Translations under genes and position numbers: made by a program | The notes under the pieces: generated by a model | Database searches by the model: none | Told to the model about the DNA's origin: nothing | What the model saw: the letters and a program-made list of their open reading frames with translations, nothing else | Source of the DNA: an uncultured Bacteroidales bacterium | GTDB taxonomy: Bacteria; Bacteroidota; Bacteroidia; Bacteroidales; UBA10428 | Assembly (NCBI GenBank): GCA_964618645.1 | Contig: CAZUBW010000005.1 | Span: 15,870-79,869, forward strand | Length of the DNA: 64,000 nucleotides | Direction of reading: 5' to 3' | Part shown: in pieces, positions 27,466-35,950 of the stretch | Layout: the number at the start of each line of letters is the position of its first letter | Position numbering within the stretch: position 1 is the first letter of the stretch

Positions 27466-28323
27466 TTACATCGTCAGAGGGCCTTTCAACCTTGCTGCCA
27501 TAATCCCCGGGCAGGTGGATTTGTTGCGGAGCATTTCGAACAGGGTAACCTCAGAGATCTCCACTTTTTTGCTCAGCGAGGAGGCATGCATCAGATGCAG
27601 TTCCGAATTTACATGAACGGCTATCCCCACATGCGACACATCCAGCCCGTCAATGGACGTCACCAGGGCTACCAGGTCGCCATCTTTAATTTTATCCCCG
27701 GTCAGCAGTAATTCCTCTTTTGGCAGGTAATGCAGTTGCAGGGAACTGAGTCTTTCTTCTGCCTTTTTCACAGCCAACAGGGAACTATCCTCCTGCAGAT
27801 GCGGATATTTTGCCCTGTTTGCGGTCATTATCTGTATTTTTTTTGTAAAGGCCTTTCCGCCGATATTTGCCGTAATCGGCTCAAGGATGCCTTTCTGTGC
27901 ATTGTTCTGAATCCACTCTGAGAAATAGTGCAACCGCGATGCATAGCCATTCATTACACCATCGCGGTAACGAATGAATTGCAATTCGTGGCAAAAGTCA
28001 TCGAATTGTGTGTTGCCTTTTTGAATGGTCATCGACAAGGCAACCACACTCTCCAGGAATGTAACACAATCAAGCCGCGATAAATCCACCACCAGTTTCT
28101 CGATTTCCGGCTTGTCCAGCACACCTCCGACATACGGGGTATTTAACAATTGTTTGCCCACATGAAGGACAATGCTGCCTATGGCTGAATCGGACAAATG
28201 GGTTTTCTTTGCCTCATCCATGACAGTATTGAATACCTGAACATCGTTTGGCGCATATAAAACCTGGGCGATCAGCGGAAACGAAAGCTGCAGTGAAAAG
28301 ATCAGTGTCAGGATTGTTTTCAT
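27466..28323 (-). CDS. DUF1460 (amidase-like) secreted protein
   Basis: 285 aa. Signal peptide, then TPYVGGVLDKPEIEKLVVDLSRLDCVTFLESVVAL and HVGIAV, typical of DUF1460 as I remember it. Confidence 0.55.
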   Translation of the reverse strand: MKTILTLIFSLQLSFPLIAQVLYAPNDVQVFNTVMDEAKKTHLSDSAIGSIVLHVGKQLLNTPYVGGVLDKPEIEKLVVDLSRLDCVTFLESVVALSMTIQKGNTQFDDFCHELQFIRYRDGVMNGYASRLHYFSEWIQNNAQKGILEPITANIGGKAFTKKIQIMTANRAKYPHLQEDSSLLAVKKAEERLSSLQLHYLPKEELLLTGDKIKDGDLVALVTSIDGLDVSHVGIAVHVNSELHLMHASSLSKKVEISEVTLFEMLRNKSTCPGIMAARLKGPLTM

Positions 28324-28354
28324 GATGGATTAATTTAAGATATTATCGGTAAAT

Positions 28355-29878
28355 TTAGCGATTCACAAACTTCGTTTTGTGCTTTAGGCATAAATGCTGA
28401 ACGAGGTCATGAGACGATTTTATAACCATGGGCAATCCCCCGCCGGGAGCCGACCAGTGACTGGTATAATAAAAGTTTTTTAGTCCCGGGAGCTCGGCAG
28501 ATACCGGTGAGGATGCGATCAGGTTTTTCGAGGGAAACCAACCCTGGGCACTGCCCTTCCAGTTGCCTGTATACCGGTGATAGGTTGCCGGTGTAGCAAC
28601 ATCCGTTTCTTCGATGGATGCCTTGAGACCATTGATTTTCTCATCCAGCATCCCAATCATGGTTTCTGCAAAATCAGCTTTACAACGGTTATATGCATTC
28701 CTGTCATTTTTCCGGAGATCAATCCAGAAATCACCCTGCCTGGTGTAAAAACTTAAGGCAATTACTGTTTTGCCTTCCGGCGCCAGGTCAGGGTCGTAAT
28801 GATAAATATGCACTTCCATGCGTTCATATAGAGTCCCGTCGGGAGAACGATACCCGGTTTTCATGGGAAACCTGAAAAAGTGAGGATATTCCTTTAAATC
28901 ACGCCCGACGCCCAGTGAAATAAGAAAAATTGACGGGTAAACGGCAAGATTTCGTAAAGCGGCCAAATCACTGAGGTTACGGTTGACATATTTCCCTCCA
29001 AGGGCTTTAAAAACGGTAAAATACCAGTCAGTGGCAGAAATGGTGATGTCGGCATAAACGGGTTCCTCATCTTTTAGCAACAGGCCTTTGGCCATATTGT
29101 CCTCCACCATAATGCCTGTTACCTCTTTCCCAAAATAAATCTTGCCACCCAGCGATGCATATCTTTCAGCAATCCTGGCTGAAAACCGGGCTGATCCACC
29201 CAGCGGATAACCTGCACTGCTTTTATCATGAAAAGCCAGTGGCATAGACATTATCAGTAAATTAACCTCTTCACCATCATACAGCATGCTGAAAGCCTCC
29301 TTCAAAAAGGGACTCTTCAGCCTGCGGGCAAATGAAAAATTGGTAACCTTCTTCCATTTCAGAAACTCGATCAGCACAGGAAGGTATGTGATCATGTTAA
29401 TTTTTCTCCGCAATGACTGCATCTGACGGATACTGTCAATCATCGGGGGCATGTCAAAACGCTGAATCACCCTGATTAACCTGATCCAGCTGCGTATGAC
29501 CTTTTTATCTTCGGGACTGAGGTCGAGCAAATATGCCTCCAGTCTTGCAATATTGGTATACAAGCGGAATATCTTTTCACCGTATTTATTTGCATTTTCT
29601 TTCAGCTCAATGCTGACTTTCACTTCGTGGTTGACAAATGCAATGGATTTCATGTCGAGCAATTCCGACCAAAGCTGGTAAAACGAACTACCCTTATCAG
29701 ATCCCAGCAACCAATGCAGGCAACCGTCGAAAGTAAAAGCCCCCTTTTTCCAGCTCGTACATAGTCCGCCGGGCACAGCGTTTTTCTCATAAATAGCGGT
29801 CTCATACCCGTTCATTTGAAGGTAACAACCCAGCGACATTCCGGAAATCCCGGCCCCAATAATACTCACCTTCATCAT
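28355..29878 (-). CDS. NAD(P)/FAD-dependent oxidoreductase (phytoene-desaturase/CrtI-like fold)
   Basis: 507 aa. N-terminal dinucleotide fold VSIIGAGISGMSLGCYLQMNGYETAIYEKNAVPGG. Confidence 0.65.
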   Translation of the reverse strand: MMKVSIIGAGISGMSLGCYLQMNGYETAIYEKNAVPGGLCTSWKKGAFTFDGCLHWLLGSDKGSSFYQLWSELLDMKSIAFVNHEVKVSIELKENANKYGEKIFRLYTNIARLEAYLLDLSPEDKKVIRSWIRLIRVIQRFDMPPMIDSIRQMQSLRRKINMITYLPVLIEFLKWKKVTNFSFARRLKSPFLKEAFSMLYDGEEVNLLIMSMPLAFHDKSSAGYPLGGSARFSARIAERYASLGGKIYFGKEVTGIMVEDNMAKGLLLKDEEPVYADITISATDWYFTVFKALGGKYVNRNLSDLAALRNLAVYPSIFLISLGVGRDLKEYPHFFRFPMKTGYRSPDGTLYERMEVHIYHYDPDLAPEGKTVIALSFYTRQGDFWIDLRKNDRNAYNRCKADFAETMIGMLDEKINGLKASIEETDVATPATYHRYTGNWKGSAQGWFPSKNLIASSPVSAELPGLKNFYYTSHWSAPGGGLPMVIKSSHDLVQHLCLKHKTKFVNR

Positions 29879-30033
29879 TCAGCTGCTTTTATAACCGGCA
29901 TAAATGTACGGATAAACATGACATATCCTTTCGGTGCCATGCGAAATAGGTTAAAACCTTTATGGTAAATCCAAATCATTATATGACAGGGCATAACCCA
30001 ATTTATTGAAAAGATGGATTATATTATGCCTTG

Positions 30034-30945
30034 CTATATACTGGTTGCCATGAGCTTGCTGTTCCTGAATGCTTTTGGCGAGACCCCCATGGTTGAACTG
30101 AATAGCCGCGAAAAATAATAGGGGTCGTCCATGCCCACTGCCTGCGCAATTTCACTGATGCGTAAAGGAGAAAATCTTAAAAGATGACAGGCTTTTTGAA
30201 GTTTAAGGTGGTTGAAATAGGCAATGGGTGAATAACCTGTTTTTTCTTTAAACTTATTGCAAAAGTGAGCGGGTGAAATATTTGCCACGGAGGCAATCTC
30301 TTTCAATGTCAATGTTATGTGAATATTGTCTTTCAGAAATCGAATGACTTTTTCAATATTTTGGGTGCTGTTTGGGTTGATTTCGCCCATCTTGTCGGGG
30401 TAAAGGAATGCGGTCAGAAAATGGGAAAGCGTAAGGCCGGCATAAATCATGTTGTCGGTGCTGTAACCCATTTGCAGCGTATTGTACATCTTTTTAAAAA
30501 CTACAGGAAGATGATCTGATGGTACGATTGTATTTTTGCCCGCCAGCATACGTTTATATAAAATATCACTGATGATACCGGAATTACTTCCTCCGAAATG
30601 AATCCAGAATATGGTCCATGGGAATATACTTTCGGATTGATAAAAATGTCTTTTGCCTGCCGGAATAATAAGATAATTGTTAGCCTTTATCAGGAACTTT
30701 TTACCTTCGATTGTTGCCTGTCCTTTTCCGTCAACACAATATATCAATATGTTTTGATTGATCCCCTGTTTCCTTTCCCTGAAATGGTATTGCGCTTTCG
30801 GATAATAGCCAATATCGGTGATGAAAAGGGTGTTTACCAGGGGTGTGTTTTCGCATTGCTGCATAACCATTTTGGGAAGCACAATGGCTTCTTCCCCTAA
30901 AAAACCATCCCTTTTCCGGTATGGAGACCTTTTTGATCTGTTCAT
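30034..30945 (-). CDS. AraC-family transcriptional regulator (cupin sensor plus HTH)
   Basis: 303 aa. C-terminal LKEIASVANISPAHFCNKFKEKTGYSPIAYFNHLKLQKACHLL ... DPYYFSRLFS. Confidence 0.88.
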   Translation of the reverse strand: MNRSKRSPYRKRDGFLGEEAIVLPKMVMQQCENTPLVNTLFITDIGYYPKAQYHFRERKQGINQNILIYCVDGKGQATIEGKKFLIKANNYLIIPAGKRHFYQSESIFPWTIFWIHFGGSNSGIISDILYKRMLAGKNTIVPSDHLPVVFKKMYNTLQMGYSTDNMIYAGLTLSHFLTAFLYPDKMGEINPNSTQNIEKVIRFLKDNIHITLTLKEIASVANISPAHFCNKFKEKTGYSPIAYFNHLKLQKACHLLRFSPLRISEIAQAVGMDDPYYFSRLFSSTMGVSPKAFRNSKLMATSI

Positions 30946-30978
30946 TGTTGGTGAGGCATAAAATAGTCCATGTAATTA

Positions 30979-30986
30979 CAAAAATA
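30979..30986 (-). promoter_or_regulatory. Candidate -7 box TATTTTTG for the AraC gene
   Basis: Exact TAnnTTTG match on the minus strand, 33 nt upstream of the ATG at 30945. Confidence 0.35.
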
Positions 30987-31083
30987 TTACATTTTTATTC
31001 TGGTTTTTAACGCCATCTTTAATTCACAATTGATGCCTTTGCTTTAGCTTTTCTCTCTGCGGTAGCGCAAAAAATATTTTTCT

Positions 31084-32415
31084 ATGCACATGAAATACCA
31101 TTGGGGATTTTTACTTCGGATATCACTTGTTTCCGCCATGGGAGGCTATCTCTTTGGTTTTGACTTCGCGGTAATCACCGGAGGATTGCCATTTCTCAGA
31201 GAGCAGTTCGGACTCGACGCCTATTGGGAAGGGTTTACTACCGGTTCGCTGGCATTGGGTTGCATTGTTGGTTGCCTTGTGGCAGGGGGTCTTGCCGATA
31301 AATACGGACGTAAACCAGGTTTAATGGTTGCTGCCTTACTGTTTTTCCTCTCATCGTTGTCGATGGGCCTGGCTCCCGGTTTAAGTTATTTCATCGTTTC
31401 AAGGTTTTTTGCAGGCATTGGCGTAGGCATGGCATCCATGTTAAGTCCCATGTACATTGCAGAGATAGCACCACCAAAGGCCAGGGGTATGCTGGTGGCC
31501 ATTAACCAGCTTACCATTGTGCTGGGCCAGGTAGTTACCCACCTGGAGAATTTCGGATTGCGGGGAATGGGTCCCGAAGCCTGGCGGTGGATGTTTGGTA
31601 TGGGGGCGGTTCCGTCGCTACTTTTTTTTGCCGGGGTGATTTTTCTTCCCGAAAGTCCCCGGTGGCTGCTCAGGGCCGGGCGTGAGCATGATGCCCGAAA
31701 GGTTCTGGAACGCATTGGCCCGCCTGATTTTGTTAATACCACGGTGGATGCAATTCGTGGCACGCTACAGGGTACCACTAAGATCAACTACCGGCAGCTG
31801 CTCGATAAAGCAGTGTTTCCAATTGTACTCACCGGTATTGGCCTTGCTGTTTTCCAGCAGTTCTGCGGTATCAATGTTGTCTTTAACTACACCACCAACC
31901 TGTTTAGCAGCATTGGCGCCAATACCAGTGAGCAATTATTGCAGGCTGTATACATCAGCCTGGCCAACCTTGTATTTACCTTACTGGCTATGGCGCTGGT
32001 CGACCGGTTGGGCAGAAAACCTTTGTTGCTTTTTGGGGCGGGAGGTCTGGCCATCCTTTATGTATTCATCGGCTTTGTTCTGTCGGACGGCAAAGGAACC
32101 GGATTGTCCATGCTCATCATTTCAGCCATTGGCGTTTATGCCATGTCACTTGCCCCGCTCACCTGGGTTCTTATCTCCGAAATCTTTCCAAATCGCATCA
32201 GGGGGTTGGCCACTTCAGTTGCCGTGCTGAGCTTATGGGCAGCCTATTTTGTGCTGGTATTCACCTTTCCTGTTATCGAAAAGAACTTTGGCAGCGCCAC
32301 CGCTTTTTGGGCCTATGCCGTTATTTGCGTATTTGGTTTCGCGTTTATTTTAATCAGGGTGAGGGAAACCAAAGGTAAATCGCTGGAGGAAATTGAAGCG
32401 GATTTTGCAGGTTAA
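31084..32415 (+). CDS. MFS sugar porter (XylE/GalP-like sugar:H+ symporter)
   Basis: 443 aa, about 12 TM segments. LADKYGRKP, PESPRWL, RETKGKSLEEIE. Confidence 0.9.
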   Translation: MHMKYHWGFLLRISLVSAMGGYLFGFDFAVITGGLPFLREQFGLDAYWEGFTTGSLALGCIVGCLVAGGLADKYGRKPGLMVAALLFFLSSLSMGLAPGLSYFIVSRFFAGIGVGMASMLSPMYIAEIAPPKARGMLVAINQLTIVLGQVVTHLENFGLRGMGPEAWRWMFGMGAVPSLLFFAGVIFLPESPRWLLRAGREHDARKVLERIGPPDFVNTTVDAIRGTLQGTTKINYRQLLDKAVFPIVLTGIGLAVFQQFCGINVVFNYTTNLFSSIGANTSEQLLQAVYISLANLVFTLLAMALVDRLGRKPLLLFGAGGLAILYVFIGFVLSDGKGTGLSMLIISAIGVYAMSLAPLTWVLISEIFPNRIRGLATSVAVLSLWAAYFVLVFTFPVIEKNFGSATAFWAYAVICVFGFAFILIRVRETKGKSLEEIEADFAG

Positions 32416-32450
32416 TGATTTTAACAAGGTTATTGACGCACACTAATAAA

Positions 32451-32600
32451 AGTCTGTCAATAAAGTTGGTAAAAAGTCTAAATGGTCATGTGTCTGTTCA
32501 GAGAGTTCCATTTGCAAGGCTTGCGCAGTCCGAAAATGCGGAGTAAATGAGCAATTTTCGGACAAGCGTAACGCAGCAAATGGGACTTTATGGACAGACA
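32451..32600 (+). repeat. Dispersed hairpin element, copy 2
   Basis: See copy 1. It ends 19 nt before the ATG at 32620. The arms GTGTCTGTTCAGAGAGTTCCATTTGCAAGGCTTGCGCAGTCCGAAAAT and AATTTTCGGACAAGCGTAACGCAGCAAATGGGACTTTATGGACAGACAC are imperfect reverse complements. Confidence 0.9.
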
Positions 32601-32619
32601 CTAATTAAACAAGTATATA

Positions 32620-35600
32620 ATGGAAGTAAGGGCTTGGGAAGAAACAGTTGTTATTCCGACATATGGTACCGGATCTCCCGAGAAGAATCCGGTGTTCCTG
32701 GAAAGGAGGGTTTACCAGGGAAGCAATGGCAGCATATATCCGTATCCGGTAACGGAGAAGATACTGGATGAGAAGGAAAACAAACCGTGGCAGGCACTGT
32801 TTCTCGAAAACCGTTACCTTAAAATTTTGATTCTGCCTGAATTAGGGGGACGCATACAGATGGCCTACGACAAAATCAAGCAACGTCATTTTATATACTA
32901 TAACAGTGTTATTAAGCCTGCCTTGGTGGGATTGACCGGGCCCTGGATTTCCGGGGGCATAGAATTCAACTGGCCCCAGCATCACCGGCCCAGCACTTAT
33001 ATGCCGGTAGATTATTCCATCGAGGAACGTGCAGACGGGCGTAAAACAGTGTGGTGCAGCGAAGTTGAACGGATGTTTCGCACCCGCGGCATGACGGGCT
33101 TTACGTTGTATCCCGATAAGGCTTACCTCGAGATAAGCGTCAGCCTTTACAACAGGACACCGCATCCCCAAACCTTTTTGTGGTGGGCAAATCCGGCAGT
33201 GAAGGTAAACGATGCGTACCAGTCGGTTTTTCCACCCGATGTAAATGCTGTGTTTGATCATGGCAAAAGGGATGTATCCAGGTATCCTGTCGCTACAGGA
33301 ACGTATTATAAATACGACTATTCGGCCGGTGTGGATATATCGCGCTATAAAAACATACCGGTGCCAACGTCTTTTATGGCCATCAAATCGGCATACAACT
33401 TTGTGGGAGGGTTTGAGAATGATACCCGCGGAGGTTTGTTGCATATTGCTAATCACCATATTTCACCGGGTAAAAAGCAGTGGACCTGGGGTAATGGCGA
33501 TTTTGGCAAGGCCTGGGACCGTAACCTGACCGATTCCGATGGACCATACATTGAGCTTATGTGTGGTGTTTACACCGATAACCAGCCCGATTTTTCATGG
33601 CTCATGCCTTACGAGGAGAAGTCGTTTTGCCAGTATTTTATGCCTTATCGCGACCTGGGGGTGGTAAAGAATGCGACAAAGGAAGCCATGGTTAATCTTG
33701 AATTTGCACACGGCAAGGCCACTGTAAAGGTCTATTGCACGGCGGTGTATCCTTCAGCAAAGGTAGTACTGAAGAAAAGCGATCAGCTGTTGTTTGAAGA
33801 AACCTTTGATTTTACCCCTGAACAGTCCTTTGAAAAGATCATTGATCTGAAAGAGCCGGTTATTCCGCATGAATGGTTTGTTTTGGTGTTTTCGGAGCAA
33901 GGCAGGGAACTCGTTTGCTGGCGTCCCGAAAAAGAAGAGATCAGGCCCATACCTGACCCGGCAAAACCTGCCGGAAAACCATCCGATATTTCGAGTATTG
34001 AACAACTGTATTTAACCGGACTTCACCTGGAACAAAATCGGCACGCCACATATAATCCTATTGACTATTATCTCGAGGCGCTGGCCCGTGAACCCGGAGA
34101 TGTGCGAAATAACAATGCTATGGGCCTGTGGTTTTTACGCAGGGGCCAGTTTACCAAGGCTGAATTCTATTTCAGGGCAGCCATTGCCACGCTTACTGCC
34201 CGAAATCCCAATCCATATGACGGTGAACCCCTGTTTAACCTTGGTCTCTGCCTTAGATTTCAATACCGGTATAACGAAGCCCGGGATGCATTTTACAAAT
34301 CGGTTTGGAATGCTGCGTGGCAGGATGCCGGGTATTTTAGCCTGTCCCAGCTTGCCGCCATGGAAGGTGAATGGGAGGAAGCCCTTGAACTGGTTTGCCG
34401 GTCACTCATCCGTAACGGGCATAATCATAAGGCACGGCACCTGAAAGTTGCCATACTGCGCCATTTGAATCGCGGTGATGAGGCTTTGAAACTGGCAGAT
34501 GAATCACTGGAGATTGATAGCTTTAATTTTGGGATATTGTTTGATAAATACCTGATAACAAAGCAGAAAACCGATTTACGGGTGATTAAAAAACTGATCC
34601 GTGACAATGTCCAAAACTACATGGAATTTGCGCTAGACTATGCTGCAGCTGGTATGCTGAATGAAGCAAAGTCGTTGCTCGAAATCAGTGTAGCTGATGT
34701 TCCCGATACATACCCGATGATGTACTATTTTTTGGGCTGGTTTGACTGGCTGGCAGGTGATATTTCCGGTGCAACAGCGCGTTTTGGGGTGGCGGAAACC
34801 CAGGATCCAGCCTTTTGTTTTCCGAACAGGATTGAGGAAATGCTTGCGCTGCAATGTGCCATAAAACATAATCCAAACGAATCAAAGGCTTCCTATTATC
34901 TTGGTAATTACTGGTATGCCGGAAGGCAATTCGAAGAAGCCATTCAATGCTGGGAAAGAGCAGCTAATGCGGATGATAACTTTCCGACTGTACACCGGAA
35001 TCTGGCATTGGCATACTTCAATAAGCTGAAAGATGCAGCCCGTACAGTTGAAGAACTCGAAAAAGCTTTTTCTCTCGATACAACCGATGCCCGTATACTT
35101 ATGGAACTGGATCAGCTGTACAAAAAGCTGGGCAAATCATATGACCATCGTCTGACAAACCTTGAAAAATATGCTGAGGTTGCTGACTATCGCGATGATT
35201 TATACCTGGAGAAAGTTACCTTATACAACCTGCTGGGGAATAATGAAAAGGCCCTGGAGTTGCTTATGAGCCGGAAATTCCATCCCTGGGAAGGAGGCGA
35301 AGGCAAAGTCACCGGGCAATACCTGCTTGCATGTACCGAACTTGCCAGAAAGGCTATTGGCCTGAAGGATTATAAGCTCGCACTCTCGCACCTGAAGGCC
35401 TCACTGGTTTATCCAAACAACCTGGGCGAAGGTAAATTGTGCATGGCACAGGAAAATGACAGCTATTACTGGATGGGCTGTGCGTATGATGGACTGGGCG
35501 AAGCCGAAAAAGCGATTGCCTGTTGGGAAAAGGCTGCCGTAGGCATATCAGAACCCACCGCGGCCATGTTTTACAATGATCAGCAACCCGATAAAATCTT

Positions 35601-35913
35601 CTACCAGGGATTGGCGCTTATTAAGTTGGGAAGGACGGGTGAAGCATACAGCAGATTCAATAAGCTCAGGGACTATGGAGAGAAACATCTGTTTGACATA
35701 GTTGAAATTGATTATTTTGCCGTTTCATTGCCCGATTTGTTAATCTGGGACGATGACCTGACAAAACGCAACGAACAACATTGCCATTACCTGATGGGTT
35801 TGGGTTACCTGGGACTGGGAGCAAAAGACAAGGCAAAGGAATTCTTTACACGGGTGCTCAATGCCAACCCTTATCATACCGGCTGTTGGTTACATCGCAC
35901 CTATTGTGCCTGA
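32620..35913 (+). CDS. DUF5107 domain plus TPR-repeat protein (function unknown)
   Basis: 1097 aa. N-terminus VRAWEETVVIPTYGTGSPEKNPVFLERRVYQGSNGSIYPYPVTEKI matches the DUF5107 family start as I remember it. The C-terminal half is TPR-like. Confidence 0.7.
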   Translation: MEVRAWEETVVIPTYGTGSPEKNPVFLERRVYQGSNGSIYPYPVTEKILDEKENKPWQALFLENRYLKILILPELGGRIQMAYDKIKQRHFIYYNSVIKPALVGLTGPWISGGIEFNWPQHHRPSTYMPVDYSIEERADGRKTVWCSEVERMFRTRGMTGFTLYPDKAYLEISVSLYNRTPHPQTFLWWANPAVKVNDAYQSVFPPDVNAVFDHGKRDVSRYPVATGTYYKYDYSAGVDISRYKNIPVPTSFMAIKSAYNFVGGFENDTRGGLLHIANHHISPGKKQWTWGNGDFGKAWDRNLTDSDGPYIELMCGVYTDNQPDFSWLMPYEEKSFCQYFMPYRDLGVVKNATKEAMVNLEFAHGKATVKVYCTAVYPSAKVVLKKSDQLLFEETFDFTPEQSFEKIIDLKEPVIPHEWFVLVFSEQGRELVCWRPEKEEIRPIPDPAKPAGKPSDISSIEQLYLTGLHLEQNRHATYNPIDYYLEALAREPGDVRNNNAMGLWFLRRGQFTKAEFYFRAAIATLTARNPNPYDGEPLFNLGLCLRFQYRYNEARDAFYKSVWNAAWQDAGYFSLSQLAAMEGEWEEALELVCRSLIRNGHNHKARHLKVAILRHLNRGDEALKLADESLEIDSFNFGILFDKYLITKQKTDLRVIKKLIRDNVQNYMEFALDYAAAGMLNEAKSLLEISVADVPDTYPMMYYFLGWFDWLAGDISGATARFGVAETQDPAFCFPNRIEEMLALQCAIKHNPNESKASYYLGNYWYAGRQFEEAIQCWERAANADDNFPTVHRNLALAYFNKLKDAARTVEELEKAFSLDTTDARILMELDQLYKKLGKSYDHRLTNLEKYAEVADYRDDLYLEKVTLYNLLGNNEKALELLMSRKFHPWEGGEGKVTGQYLLACTELARKAIGLKDYKLALSHLKASLVYPNNLGEGKLCMAQENDSYYWMGCAYDGLGEAEKAIACWEKAAVGISEPTAAMFYNDQQPDKIFYQGLALIKLGRTGEAYSRFNKLRDYGEKHLFDIVEIDYFAVSLPDLLIWDDDLTKRNEQHCHYLMGLGYLGLGAKDKAKEFFTRVLNANPYHTGCWLHRTYCA

Positions 35914-35950
35914 AAAAACCGTCTGTAGTTGTAAAATAAACTATCATCCT

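Noticed and set aside
35861-35950. N-terminal extension of the GH35 ORF overlapping the DUF5107 gene end
   Set aside because: The extension is translated from the 3' end of the upstream gene in another frame. The ATG at 35951 gives a proper signal peptide.
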